NCBI GenBank assembly: GCA_964016885.1
Contig: OZ024743.1
Coordinates: 28,582,001 to 28,646,000, forward strand
Length of the DNA: 64,000 bases
DNA from: Eledone cirrhosa
Lineage: Eukaryota
Reading direction: 5' to 3'
Shown: piece after piece, positions 41,850-56,653 of the stretch
Numbering within the stretch: the first letter of the stretch is position 1
Layout of the letters: each line of letters begins with the position of its first letter
Notes under the pieces: model-generated
Told to the model about the DNA's origin: nothing
Seen by the model: the letters and a program-made list of their open reading frames with translations, nothing else
Database searches by the model: none
Program-made: the position numbers and the translations under genes

Positions 41850-42780
41850 ATAATAATTGTTTCTACTTTTGGCACAAGGCGAGCAATTATCCCAGTGTAT
41901 TACTAGTACTTTATTTTATCGACTCCGTAAGGATGAAAGGCAAAGTTAACCTCGACGGGATTTGAACTCAGAATGGCAAGGGATTTAACTCTATGCGTCG
42001 AAGCATGGCGTCCGAGCCTCTACCGATACTGCCAATCCCGCACTTTTCGGGGAGAGAAAAGTCGATTAAATTGACCCCAGTACGTCACTGGTACTTTATT
42101 TTATCGACGTCGTAAGGATGAAAGGCAAAGTTAACCTCGATGACATTTAAACTCAGAACGTAAAGAGCCGTAACTCTATGCCGTAAAGCATATTGTCCGA
42201 CGCTCTACCGATTCTGCCAATCCAGCCCTCTTAATGATTTAGGCACAAAAGCAACAATTTGGAGAGAGGGAAAAGTCGATTAAATCGACCCCAGTGCGTC
42301 ACTGGTATTATATTATATAAACCGCGAAAGGACGAAAGGTAGGGTTGACCTCCGTCGGATTCGAACAGAGAACCTAGAACCGAAAAGTGTTTTTACATTA
42401 GGCACAATGCTAGCAGTTTAAGGAGGAAGACGAAATGTGGTTAGAACAACCTCAGTACTTTACTGGTATTTTATTTAATCGACCACGGTAGATTGTAAAG
42501 CAAAGTTGACCCCGACGATATTTGAACTTAGAACGTAAAGAGCCGTAAATAAATACGGCAACGAGTCTACCAAATAATGGTTTCTTATATAGGTACAAGG
42601 CCAGAAATTTTGGGGGTGGGGAAAGTCGATTAAATCGACTGCAGTGCGTGACTGGTACTTTATTTTATCGACCCCGTAAGCATGAAAGGTAAAGCTAACC
42701 TCGGCAGGATTTGAACTCAGAACCTATAGGGCCGTAACTCTCAACCACGAAGCATGGTGTCCGATGCTCTGCAGATAGCA
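41850..42780 (-). mobile_element. Tandem array of about five SINE units, minus strand
   Basis: Repeated ctggtactttattttatcgac...ggatgaaaggcaaagttaacctc...tttgaactcag. Confidence 0.85.
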
Positions 42781-43036
42781 ATTGATAATGATGATGATTA
42801 TGATGATCTTAGCCATATTTTTGTAATAATGATTAGCATATTGATGATAGTGAGAAACTATTTCGGAATCCATAGATGTGTTATAAATGTGTTATAATAA
42901 TTAAGTAAATATGACTAAAAATATCCGTTATGAATACATGTCTATTTTCTGAGATGCTCCAGACAATTCAGCCGATTATTTACCCTTTATTAATGTATTA
43001 TTAGCTTTATTTTCGTCAAAACCAGTATCATTCAAC

Positions 43037-43083
<47 letters not shown>

Positions 43084-43236
43084 GGTACCTATCGAATTGT
43101 TTGAGGCAGTCACAATGCATTCAATGGTGTGAAAAGTTAATACATGTTCGCCCAGTGAAAAATTAGGTTATATCCAAAGTTGGTAGGTCTGAAAATCGTT
43201 TTTAGGTGAAACACGTTTGGTAATTGGTGTGGAGTT

Positions 43237-43309
<73 letters not shown>

Positions 43310-43379
43310 TATACTGGGTGTCCTAAAAGATGTATAAGTACTTCAACACCATTCTAATAGTCTGAAAGAAAAGCCTCTG

Positions 43380-45030
43380 TGGACAGTGTAATTTGTGCAT
43401 CAAACAAAGAGTTCAAATGCAAATGAAGTCACTGCAGCGTTAAATGTAGTTAAAACAGTTATATATCCTATTGGAAGACTTCAATGCATACGTTGGCATT
43501 GATCATCTAACATTATGGAACGACGATCCGGATCCATATACGAATGAACAAGTGTTAATAGACTTCTCTATATTAGTAACACATTTTTGCAGCTTAAAGA
43601 TATCCATATGTAAACACGTGTGTCTGTGTGTGACAGCTCACACCTATGTAGGTTTAGCTGGCCTCCTCCAAGGTATATCTCGTTGGCGGTGTCTTGGGTA
43701 ATTTAATGATAGGGACCCCAGGCTTATCATCTCATTTCTAAAGCTGAGTAAACTGGAGCAACGTGAAATAAAGTGTCTTGCTCATGGAAACAACACATCA
43801 CCCGGTCCGAGAATTGAACTCACAACCTTTCGATTGCAAGCCCAATGTTCTAACTACTAAGCCATGCGCCTTCACTGTATACCATGTAAGCATGGTATAC
43901 GGGAAATCGGACACAGATATCAGTAATCGATATATTTATTGTTTATGATCTGTTCTATTCTATGTTGGATATTCATGTGAAGAGAGAGGTTGAGCTGTCA
44001 ACTGATCACCGTCTATTTATCTGCAAACTGAAACGATCTGAAGTCAAGAAACTCCACAAAATTGCCTACTCGACCTACAGGATGAAGTGGAAAGCATTGG
44101 CTGATGAGGAGGTCAGGATCTGGTATGAGAATGCTATTGCATCCAAATTCTCTGAAGAAAATGAGGATCGTTGAAACGGAGTGGAGACTCGTCCCTCCGG
44201 CGGTTTCCGCTTCAGCTGTTAAATGGTGCTGTTGAAAGCGGCTCGGTGTGATGATGGGTGGCAGGAGGACCATAGGTTCAAACAGGAGATTAAATATACC
44301 ATCTGAGCAAAGGAGTAGGCTCACGAAGAAGCTTGGCATAGAAATAAGTCTTTCACTCGCTGTACAACCAGACGCGCAAAGTCGCAACAGAGACATTAAG
44401 GGCGTTGAAGGTCATGACACAGGAGGAATTTTGATGTAAACTGGATCCGACTTTCGATCAGCAAGTACAGTATTCTGGAAGACTTTCCACCGACTTCGTA
44501 ATAAGAAGTCCCCTTCCACGCATGCTATCAGGAACTCGTCTTGGCTTTTTCTCTTTGATAAAAAGTGAATATTTTGATGATCTTCTAAATCCGGTTACAA
44601 AAACATCTAATGCTTATGTAGGTCATCTCAGAAACCGAGGTCACCTGACCAATTAAAGCACTCAAACGTGGCAATCCTCTGGGCGAGGAAATACCGATCG
44701 ACACGTGAAAAGCCTAAAATAGAGATATATGCTCCGGTTGATTTGTGTGTGCTGTGTGGCTTGGAATTTTGGAAAGGCACCAAAGCTATGATAATCGGGC
44801 GAGATAATTTCCATTTTCAAAGAGGGAGACAACAGAGATTGCTGTGATTATAGATAAATCTCCTTCTTAAGCCTCGCCGATAAGGTTTATTCTAAATGTC
44901 TGACAAAAAGGTGTAGGGATATTGCAGACTCCAAGCTAGCAGAAGAACAGTGTGGTTTTCACCTCAGATGTATCAAAGTCGACCAAATATTCACTCTGCG
45001 GCAGGTCTTCGAGATATGATGAGAATTTTG
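43380..45030 (+). mobile_element. Degenerate RTE-clade LINE (end of APE domain + start of RT), interrupted by a SINE at about 43620-43875
   Basis: EDFNAYVG, SVIDIFIV, LSTDHRLFIC, IFKRGDNRDCCDYR, KVYSKCL, EEQCGF, DQIFTLRQVFE. Confidence 0.8.
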
Positions 45031-47335
45031 CCAATGGTATTGGTTCTGCAAGAGTATGTGATCGACAGACAGTTTCTTGTTGATAAAGGTGCGATACCAA
45101 CGCCTTAGTTATTGTGTTTGAAAAATCGGTACTAAGCTGGAACGATTCCTGGTCTTCCATTTGAATGTGTCATGAGAAGAAAATATGTATTGCATTCATA
45201 TAATAGAAACTTAGAATATGGACGCCTTAATAATATCGTGTGACACTGGAGGACGACTATGTTCAGTTCTTTAAGTGGATGTATGTCCTGTCAGTGACTG
45301 ATGAACTGGAGAGGTTACAGGACACACCGAAAGCAAAAGCTGATAATGATGAACAAAACATCTTAAACCAGTTGTAAATGGAAATGCATGTTATTCACGT
45401 AGGGTAATTCTGAGATATAGAATATTCACTTTCGTTGATGGCTAAAAGAATCTAAAGATTCACTTAGCCGATTGGCTCGATTAAAGGAGCTGATACTATC
45501 GTCAAATGCTGATCTCATGGCGATCTTCTTCCGAGTAAGTTCCCGGCTACTCAGCTATATTGACAGTATATATATGATGGCGTATCACGCATGTCTGGGA
45601 ATTTTCCATGCCAACATTTGTATAATTTCTTCACTCGTGAGGGCACATAAAATGTGTATTATAGGTAAGCGGTTTCACATGCGCGGCAGCATCCGCTGTT
45701 CCATTTCCAAGGGAGATAGAGTCTTAGTCTTGTTATTGTGGTGCATGTATTTGTCACCATTAAAATCTATGAAAAGGAAGCATTATATATTAAAAAGAAG
45801 AGAGTGGAAAATGTTGTCATACTCGATAGCGACTTGACAGCCACCATGTCTATGTTTGTGTGTGCATGTGTATGTTTGAATATGTCTATATATCTCTATA
45901 TATACATGTCAGTATATGTGTGCATGTGTGTATGTGCATGCGAGTGTGAGGGTGTTTTTATTAAACTGCTAACCTAAACCAATTTATATTTTTAACGGCT
46001 TTTTTCCATCTCGTTATATTTTTCCGTTTCGTTAAAACTCATTTTTCCCTGGATAGTTGAATCAACTATATTACAAACATTTGACTTAGGATTATTTAAG
46101 AAAGCAATGCTTAGCATCGTACGTATGTAAGAAAGCAGTAAGTAATTATAGGAAAAAATATTGTTCGATGGCAATGCCGATAAGTAACGCAATTAAATTA
46201 TATTCAGAATTAATCCGGCATTTAAAACAAGAACATATGGTTATGTTATAAAATTAAGCTTTTATGTGAATACAAAGCATGTATTTTATATTTAAAATAA
46301 ACGTTTATCTAATTGTATTTATTCATAGATTGAAGGTTGTAATACATTCCTTGGGAGACCTGGGTGAATTAGAGGAGGTTTGCTACTATTGAGTAGAAAA
46401 AATAAACAAAAGTAGATTTTTATGGAAGTTTCATTAGAGTTTGGGAAGAAATATTTGACGAGGAAACATAGGTTCAAGATACACAGTTGATGGATTAGTG
46501 TGTTTTGCATATAATCTACAGTTTAGAGATTATGTTCAAATTATTTTGTCAGAAATTATGATAAGAAAATGAATAGCTAACACACAACTCAAGTTAATCT
46601 CTTTTAAATTCTATTAATTTACAGTTAGTAGTTTTGTTGGTCTCGTCACACGCAACACATATTAACAAACAGGAATGGATGCATCAAGCTTCAGTACGGG
46701 CAATGACAGAAACGTGAGGTGATCTAACCCTACTTACTTTGTGTGTTCTCACCTATGTGTTGATGAGCAGCCTTCATTGTTTCTATACTGTTCTTGTATC
46801 ATTTAATGTTTTCGCTATAGTTGTTATTTATTTATTTTCATATGTCCTTCTTGTGTTCTTTATATAACATCGATCATTGACTTCGTCCATAATCATCTAA
46901 TTTTCTATTGTTCATATTCTGTAACACCTCGCAGTATTTAACATTTCTTACCACAAATAATTAAATAAGAATACTGTTAATGTCATTATTCTTATTGGCG
47001 GTGGATTAGCAGTATCAGTAGAACATCGGACACCATGCTTTGAGGCATAGAGTTACGACGCTTTACGTTCTGAGTTCAGATCATTCCTACGATAGCTTTG
47101 TCCTTCGTCCGTACGAGATCGATAAAATAAAGCACCGGTAATGCACTGCGATCGTTTTAATCGACTTTCCCCTTTCCCAAAATTGGTGATCTTGCGCCTC
47201 TAATGGAAATAATAATTATTATTATCATTATTATAAAATAATGTACCAGTAATGCACGGGGGTGTGTTTAACTGCCCCCCCCCTCCCCCGTAGAGCGTCA
47301 GAAAGCACGCTTTGCAGCATTGAGTTACGAGCTTT

Positions 47336-47373
<38 letters not shown>

Positions 47374-47401
47374 TATATATAGTAGCATCATATATATATA
47401 C

Positions 47402-47443
<42 letters not shown>

Positions 47444-47754
47444 TGGTGTAGGTGTATTTGTGTGTGAGTGTGTACCACTGTATCGTACCCATTGTATAGG
47501 TAGTACCACTGTAGAATTTATACAGTAGTAGTATTGGTAATTTGCAAGAAAACCTACACTAAATCAACACTAATTTGCGATCATATGATGAAGGCTCTGA
47601 CATCCTTTGTTATGTCTGTAGAAAAGCATTTACTAACACTTGCAAAGAGAGAAGCACACACATCCGTTCAAGCTAGTGCATATTAAAACAAAATATCGAT
47701 TTAAATCGATATAAATGCACACATACATACACACACACACACAAACACACACAG

Positions 47755-47803
<49 letters not shown>

Positions 47804-47891
47804 CGTAGGTCCCGGGTTGAGTCGGGGATAACCACAGTAAGTAAGGTACTCAATACATGGCAGAGTAAATTTTTTTTATTTTATAGAAGGA

Positions 47892-47940
47892 GCTTCCTGA
47901 AGATTTCATCTGAATGAAACAGTACTAGTCCTGTAGAAGC
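47892..47940 (+). ncRNA. Type I hammerhead ribozyme, same family as 15186-15232
   Basis: GCTTC CTGAAGA T TTC-ATCT-GAA T GAAA CAG-TACTAGTC-CTG TA GAAGC; differences from the 15186 copy fall in loops, N7 and compensated stem I. Confidence 0.82.
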
Positions 47941-48397
47941 TCCTTCTATAAAATAAAAAATAAAAAAAAAATATATATATATATATGTATAACAACAATA
48001 CGGCACAATTATTTCACCTCAATTGGCCCTGCTCTCTTTAACATTACACCAAAACACATCAAAACAGACCCCCATCAAGTTGAAGTCTTTGAACAAATTC
48101 CTTTAAGAAATCCCGGATAAGCCTCCTACACCCGCATATCCCTCCGTAAACAACTCTCTGCTCGAGTGGACCATAGTGCCCAAACCCTGATTTGTAAGAT
48201 TTCGCCAGGTGGTACTATAAGTAACACATGGCCTGAGCCATTACTGGCCAAAACTTATCAAAGTTATATGTCTGTATATGTATATGTATATATATATATG
48301 AAAACAGGGAGAAAGAGAGGATTATTAGGAAGAAAAAGTTTTTATTTCTTATATATACACACAGACACACACACACACACATATTTTTTTTTTGAAC

Positions 48398-48611
48398 GAT
48401 CGACTTTCGTCAAATCGGACCGAGGGAACAATGTTTCCGTTGGTCTTTCCAATTGCTAATACTATCTATCGGTCTCAACTCCAGGTAGAAGGAGAAACGT
48501 GAAATAAAGTGTCTTGCTCAAGGACATAACGCATCGCCTGGCCCAGGAATCGAACTCACAACCTTACGATTGCGAATCCAATTCTCTAACCACTCAGCCA
48601 CACGCCTTCAC

Positions 48612-48612
<1 letters not shown>
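48398..48612 (-). mobile_element. Second tRNA-derived SINE family (copies also at 15830-16011 and 43700-43875)
   Basis: Minus strand starts ggcgtgtggctgagtggttagaga...gagttcgattcc, followed by gtccttgagcaagacactttatttcac. Confidence 0.8.
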
Positions 48613-48654
<42 letters not shown>

Positions 48655-48696
48655 GAGAGAGAGAGAGAGAGAGAAATAAATAAATAAATATATATA

Positions 48697-48739
<43 letters not shown>

Positions 48740-49446
48740 CTGTGTATATATACACACAATATATAAAATATCAAAAAAGCATGGCGCTTCATTGGCGAAA
48801 CTAACTAAAATCATTTCCACGCATGAATTTCAATAACATTCAAAATGTGATCTCCACTTATGGTTACATTTTATTTTGTTATATAATATTTACAATATTT
48901 TTTTCGAAATAGACTGAACATTCTTTAGAACTAAAGAAAATCTCGAACGTAGTCCATTCTTTCACACAAAAAATGTGTATTTTTTCTTTATATTCCGTTA
49001 TACGTTTATTTATTTTTACACAGATATCGCTGATCGAACGTATGATAATGGTTATTTCCTGTAAATTACCGAATCACTAATGTGTAAGAGACACAAAATA
49101 ATTTCAATGTCTTTTTTCTCAACGGAACACTATTCCTGTGTGTTTCTATGATAGATTGCACAAACTGTATTACTTGTAATAATGTAATGTTTATCTTGGC
49201 AAATATTTGTTCTCGCCGTGTTTAAGAACGAGATCCATGTGATATATTTTAAGATCCATAATAGGATTTAGTCATCCACATACTGTATTTATCCAAAATA
49301 TGAATATTTGGGGGCTGTTTTGATACTAATTTTTGTTTCTAGTATTGAATTTTGTCATATAAAACCCTGCGTAATTGCAACAAATTAATGAGTGATTGCC
49401 TTTATGTTCTTTATCTTAACCATTCACCCATTTCTGCGTCCACACA

Positions 49447-49491
<45 letters not shown>

Positions 49492-50994
49492 GAACATAGA
49501 GATAGCTGAGGGATTAAGATGTTGGCTACTCAATCATGAAGCCATGGATTCGATCCCAATGTGTCGAATTAGGCAATTTTCTTTGAGTATCTTCACCCTA
49601 TTCTCGGGCCGACCCAAACCTTTGGTTGAAATGTACCTACATTTACAAGCTGAATCAACAAGACAATTATGTCTTGCTGATTCAGATTGTAAATTGTGTT
49701 CTAGGTATATATATATGTCTATGGAATAAGCATCTACTTACACGTTAGTTCATGAGCCTGAGGTTATATTGATTGAATATCTAAATGATTCATCATCATC
49801 AAATGCACATATTGTGCATCCATATAAATTTTCTCACATGTTTGTTAGCACATATCAATCCACAAACCTGAAACAAGAGGAAAATTAATTTACAAGAATG
49901 AAATAATTATAATTGTGATTATTATCATCATCATCATGTCTTCTGTTGTCACGCACCTATTCGATCTGCAGGAAAGGTTTTAAATCAAATGAAGAGTCCT
50001 GGGTAAGATCACGGAGAGGAATTTTACCAGATAGTACAATATTTTTTTCGCCCACCTCTTCAATAGTCTTCAATATATCTAAACATTTTTGAGATCAACG
50101 TGTTCGATCTACTCCATACACACTCTCTGATAAGGCTTATTACTATATATTAGCTACTTAATTATCAGCCCTTCAACCACCTTACATTGGAAGCATGAGA
50201 TGGAAAAGTGTATAAACAGCAAAATCCTCACTCGTTTCTTTTTGCTGGTACACTAATGAAAGCAAGGTTTGACTGATAGAAAATACACAATATATTACAC
50301 AATATAATATACAATATAATTTATAACTAGTTTTTATTTTTAAATATCTGTTCGTTTTTGCTCTAATATTGCTCTAAGCCTGATTTGTTTTTACTGATAA
50401 GACTAAATTCATTTTCAACAAGTGATTATTGTACTTTCTTTCTGTCAAATACATTTTATGCTAGCAAAGGAACAGACAATTTTAGTTTGTAATTGAAAGT
50501 TTAAAAATACTGAATGAAATTTCATTTCAATCTGTGCTAGTATAACTTGATTCCCACGCTGAACTCATTACAATGTAATTAAGGTGAGTATAATTATCGG
50601 ACGACGAAGAGAATGTTATAAATGGCGGGTCGTAAAATGTAAAACGGCCGCAAGCGTTTAATCTTCGTTTAAACATCGTATTTAGTTCTATAAAAACTAG
50701 TTTTGATAAAACAAATCTGTTGCTCTAGACTGATCTATAATGAAATTCTTTGTAAAAGTGCAAATTTATATATTTTTGAAAACACTAAACATATTTACAA
50801 TCACTGTTATATGGAGATGAAGAATAGATATATTCTTATAAATGTTGATATAATTTACTACTTTTCATTTATCTGTCTGACAAATTATATTATCCATATC
50901 AAGTACGGTAGTCATTGCAACGCTATTGGTTATCTAACACCAGTGAATAAGACCTCCACTTCTTCTTTAGCTTTTTACTCATATCTATAACAGG

Positions 50995-51142
50995 ATCTTA
51001 ATTCTTTACTCTGAGCCAGCTCCACTACCAATCCTTGCATTTAATTCAGCCTCCTGACTTCAATCACTCGTGAAAACGTATCAAGATGCTTGAACGTCTC
51101 CTCCTGCTTCAGTGTAACTCCACTCACATGCAGAGTGCATTG
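50995..51142 (-). mobile_element. RTE-like RT C-terminal fragment
   Basis: CTLHVSGVTLKQEETFKHL resembles the L.QVE.FKYLG motif. Confidence 0.55.
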
Positions 51143-52054
51143 ACTTAGTTGTTAGGGTGTTAGACTTACGTTCATAATGTTATATGAGTATATCTTGCGG
51201 TGGACTAACATCCAGTCTATAAGTAGTTTAATGCTCTTAGTCACTTAACACCGATGAAGCCGTGATATCCACCGGCTTGATGAGCCTCAGTGCTTAGGTT
51301 AACTTTAACCGAGATAGCTCACGACGATGCTAGTTACTGTTGCACATGTAGAAGAACCATTCCTCCACTGATACTGAAATGCATAAATACCTAAATCCAC
51401 AGAAATTCACTATAGTTTGGATAAAATCGATCAAAGAGAAAACAATTAAAGAATACAACATTAAAATTACACTTACAGCTTTTTTAATTCGGGGAAAAAG
51501 GGGATTTTTTAAAATACAGAACAAATTCAGATAATTAGTCAAATTAATTACTTTTATAATCAGTTTTATTTTCTAATATCTCTCATAATATTCTTAGTTT
51601 TATGTATATCAAGAGTTAAATGGAAGAAGTTTCAGAAAGCGGAATATAGACCATAAATTCATTGAAAATATGTGTCTTTCAAACGAACTAAATACAAAAC
51701 CGTGACATCCAGCATGAAATATAAACTCGTTAACTGGACAAACCTTAATTATTTACCTTCCGTCAAGTTACATTATTTTCCCTGGTAAGAGAATAGTCAC
51801 TAAAATCGCACAATACACTGATTGTTGTCAAATAGCCCAGGCTCATATAAGGTACTTCCCTATTGACTGAGACTATCATAGTAAATGTAACGTAGTTTAA
51901 TACAAATGGTTAAGGCGTTTTATGATAAACATAAAAAATACGTTTATAGATACGAAATATAATGAACTAAAAGTAACAGAACCAACAACGGGAATCGAAC
52001 CACACATATACATGCCTATATAGGTATATACCTGCGTATATACATACATACCTG

Positions 52055-52122
<68 letters not shown>

Positions 52123-52660
52123 GACAAACATGCACGTATGTATATGTGAACACGCACATACGTGAACATATTCAAACCCAAACATACATAATACAACCAT
52201 ATGTCTATATTTATACATATACTCAGATAATATTGTTTATATACACAACCATTCGTCCATTTTGAAATTTTAGTTAATTCAGCGTTCATAGATTTCTATG
52301 CGCATACACTTCTATATACAAACAAAACATTCCTCAAACAACCTAAATTAAGGTATTCTGACTAAGCGGACTCATTTACGCTTACACTCATATACATAAA
52401 TGCACTTACCAAGAAAAAGTACAGCCATAAACTCATGTATTCATGCATTCATATACTTGTGTGGCTGCATGTGTGAATGTGTATATGTACGAAAATATAT
52501 ATATGTATTTGTGTAGGTATATATATATATGTGTGTGTGCGTGTGTATTAAACTTTCTTTAAGCGTTTGAATACAGAAGTGTTTGTGCATGCGAGTCTGT
52601 TTTTCTAGTGTGTATGTCTGTATAAGAATTTTTTAACTGTGTACGAAAGGAATAGGTTTG

Positions 52661-52694
<34 letters not shown>

Positions 52695-52742
52695 AATGAA
52701 TAATAACAGGTAGACATCATAAAAGGGTAATTTATTCCGTGT

Positions 52743-52852
52743 GCTTACAATTGCTTCCACGGTGGTACTACAGCCTAGTTATGCTATGTGCAAACTTACA
52801 AGTATTTGCAGAACTCAAATATCCAATGCTGTGACCACTGTATCCTCAGAGC
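52743..52852 (-). ncRNA. Hammerhead motif with long stem II (A15.1 to G change) in PLE-like insert 52692-53468
   Basis: Minus strand: GCT CTGAGGA T ACAGTGGTCACAGC...GCTGTAGTACCACCGT G GAAGC AATT GTA AGC; the insert also has an inverted repeat 53060-53108 / 53416-53465. Confidence 0.62.
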
Positions 52853-53463
52853 AGAATGGTAAAATGTACAATGTAAATACCCTTAAGTGGGGTTGTTGGG
52901 GAAGATAGAGTAGAAAAGGAAGAGAGAAAAGTAGGGGAGAGGGAGAGAGAGAGAAAGATATGCAGGGGTTGGAGAAGTAGGAGAGAGTGGTTTGTAGATA
53001 TCTTAATCAAAATGTTATGGTAGGGGTTTTATTATACTGGTTACTTTTGGAGAGATGCGTTGATAGTTAAGGTCGGAATTATTTATTGCCCCAGAGGGCA
53101 GGTTCATAGATAGAATTGAACGATCATTATACTGCAACCACAAACTAAAAGCTAAATTCTCTCACTATAAAATAACTTAACATTCGAACCCGTAACTATA
53201 ACACCACTTTCTAGCTAACCACCTTCTCTTCCCCCACACTACAAGACAATACACTGCTTACCACTATAAATGGTAACTCAGTGCATTTCGTAGATTACTA
53301 CTACAAACCCAAAGTTCACTCACCACATAAACTTCGTCTGTCCCCTCTCTACCTCTCTCTCTACATCCATTACACTCTCTCTCTCTCGCCTTTGGCCTAC
53401 CTCCCTCTCCACATATATGAACCTGCCCTCTGGGGCAATAAATAATTCCGACCTTAACTATCA

Positions 53464-53545
<82 letters not shown>

Positions 53546-53887
53546 ACAAACACACATACACACACATGCACACACGATTCTGTAGGCAGTCGCTCACATT
53601 GTTACACTGATATAATGTACATCTCCAATTTATCAACGAAATCGCGCTCTTTGGATTCATGCTTATACTCCCAAAATTATGAATAACATTCACATCAGCA
53701 AGCAGGTGTGCTTCTTCATTTACATTCATCACACAAATCCGGATGTACGCACGATAATGCACATGATATGCAATAATTGATTTTGATGATAAGTGTATAC
53801 ACACACATACACACACACACACACATACACACATATATATATGTATACATATATATACACACATATATATATTAATATACACACACA

Positions 53888-53956
<69 letters not shown>

Positions 53957-54094
53957 ATATTAAATAAATGGAAACTATATTTGTAAAACAATATTTATTC
54001 TATTATATATATAGTTCAAGGGTACCAAAAAACTTTGGTACGCTTTCATCAGATCGGGGTGAAAATCCAACGAATTTTGAGAGGTCCACGTAAG

Positions 54095-54790
54095 CGTTGA
54101 TATATATGTATGTAAAAGATAGCAACAGCATTAATAGACATTACAACAGTAAGCAGAGCTATAGAGAATTTAGCAACAGCATCAATATACATTACAACAG
54201 TAAGTAGAGCTATACCCACAGCTATTACAACAGTAAATACAGCTATAGAGAAGATGGGTCGGTCGCAGACTGCACCAGGTTGCGGCTGCAGAAAGTTTCT
54301 TTGCAAGTGTCTTTGCAAGTGCCATCCCAGACGAAAGGTTTGCCACCGCGGAACGGGAAGATGGTCATGCCATCTGGCCTTTTGCCGTCCCGTCGATCCA
54401 GCCCCACCGGCTCGAGCTGAGAAGGGAAGCCTGCAGCGTCCAAGCCATGCTTAATGACCTGGTTGAGGGCAGCATATCGTGGAATGCGGCCGGCACTGTG
54501 GCGAAGCGGGTGGGGGCCGAAAGAGTCCACGGTGGAACCGCAGCGACATTGGTGTGGCTGGCAGATCCGGAGGCCGAGCCGCAGGGAAACGGTGATGCGC
54601 AGGCTATGGTTGTCTAGCTTCGTGCCAGTGTAGAAGGAGAGCAGGGCATAGAGCCAGGCACCACTGTGGAGTTTGGAGGCCGCACAAAACAAGCAAGGCG
54701 GTGGTGGTCGAGCTGGCGCGTAAGCCTGTCTGAGGCCAGGCTGCACTGGATGGCATCCCAAGTGCGTTGAGGAGACTTGACGTCAACAGG
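54095..54790 (-). mobile_element. CRE-clade non-LTR retrotransposon 3' fragment
   Basis: SGAWL...LRLGL...CRCG...H, LEPVGL...KRPDG...WDGTC: C-terminal zinc motif and PD-(D/E)xK nuclease typical of CRE-like elements. Confidence 0.8.
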
Positions 54791-54996
54791 GGGAGAAGGA
54801 GGAGAGACACCTACTAGGCTAATTCCCAGCCGGTCCCATGTCTCACAGGTGTGTTTGTATGTGTGGGGGCGTGTTTGTGTGTAAGTGTGTGTGGAACGTA
54901 AATACATTTGAAAACTCAATCAAGGTAGAAAAAACATTAGTTGATAACATGCTATCCAAATAGTATTCCACAAAAGCAAGATTATCGATGGAAACA

Positions 54997-55137
<141 letters not shown>

Positions 55138-55172
55138 GTTTACTATATATATATATGTTAAAACATTTAATC

Positions 55173-55217
55173 GCTGACAATTGTTTCTTCCAAACCTAGG
55201 CTTGGAGTCTTCGGAAC
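55173..55217 (-). ncRNA. Hammerhead motif in a solo pLTR fragment (55157-55385) related to 34050-34270
   Basis: Minus strand: GTT CCGAAGA C TCCAAGC-CTAG-GTTTGGA A GAAAC AATT GTC AGC. Confidence 0.75.
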
Positions 55218-55733
55218 AGTATCAATGTTTGTACATATAATTAACCTCCTATTCAACTGAAGAATCATACAGATACATATATATTGATGTTGTGGACAAC
55301 AGTTTCATGTTTACAGTGTGGAATGGATGCGACATATATCATATTATACGAGAATTGTACAATAATTCAAATTAATCTTTAATATTATATATATATATAT
55401 AGTGAAATAAGATATCTAGGACGAAACATTACAAGGGGGCTGACGAGCTGCGGGTTACAGAGTCGGGTCAGATCGATACAGATCGAACCTTGAGCTGATT
55501 AGTGGCAAAGCGCGCGTCACCAACTAATAAACGTAATGAAGGAGTAACCAATCCTTGTTATCTTATTTCACTCTAATACACTCTGTCTAGCTCTATACCT
55601 CGACACTGACGTGAACCTAAACATCGAGTGCTCACCCGGGTGAACCTACAGTAACTCCAAGTCACACTCCCTGGATATACATATATATATATTGTTATGC
55701 TTTGGGAGGGTCATGTTGCCAAATTCAGAAACG

Positions 55734-55798
<65 letters not shown>

Positions 55799-55799
55799 T

Positions 55800-55867
<68 letters not shown>

Positions 55868-55874
<7 letters not shown>

Positions 55875-56653
55875 TGTTTACACTCTCGTGTCCCCTTTAT
55901 TTACGTGTCCCAACGACTTTTTTTTAGCCGTTCCTCGCACCAACCGGAGGTATATGATCTTTAAAGCGATGAAATATCAATGATGGTTGGAAGATCACTG
56001 ATGAAGGACTAACTTTATTCATATGTAACCCATTTGCAACCACACAGCACGTTTATTCTCATATTTACACATATTTTCTTCCCCCGCTGTGACCCGTCTA
56101 TTTCGTTCTTACTGCTTCCTCTTTCTCTGTATCTTTACCCTCTCTAACAGTCACTCTCTCTGTTAGCCTCTTCCTCACCCTTCATCACTCACTCTCTGTT
56201 ACTATTTCTCCTCCTCCTCCTTCTTCCCGTTTGACCTGTGCGTAATTCGTTTCTTTCGCACGCTTGGTCAGACTGGTTCGCCTTTTTTCTCTCTCCCGTC
56301 TACGATTTCACAGAACTTATGTTCACCGAATTCACAGACTAGATTCTTTCTTCCTCCCGTTGGACCTGTACGAATTCCTTCCTTGCTCACATTCCAACCA
56401 GGTTTGATGGTCTTTATTCTCTCTCGTTCACGATTTCACCGAACTTATATTCATGGAAATTTGGGACTTGACTCGTTCTTCCTCACTTTTCGTTGCTTCA
56501 CCATCTTTGTTTGTTTACACTCTCGTGTCCCCTTTATTTACGTGTCCCAACGACTTTTTTTAGCCGTTGCTCGCACCAACCGGAGGTATATGGTCTTTAA
56601 AGCGATGAAATACCAATGATGGTTGGAAGATCACTGATGAAGGACTAACTTTA

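Noticed and set aside
53995-54056. Minus-strand CTGATGA with a long stem II (AAGCGTACC...GGTACCCTT)
   Set aside because: Followed by GAAC and (TA)n with no stem III or cleavage triplet; at best a truncated hammerhead.
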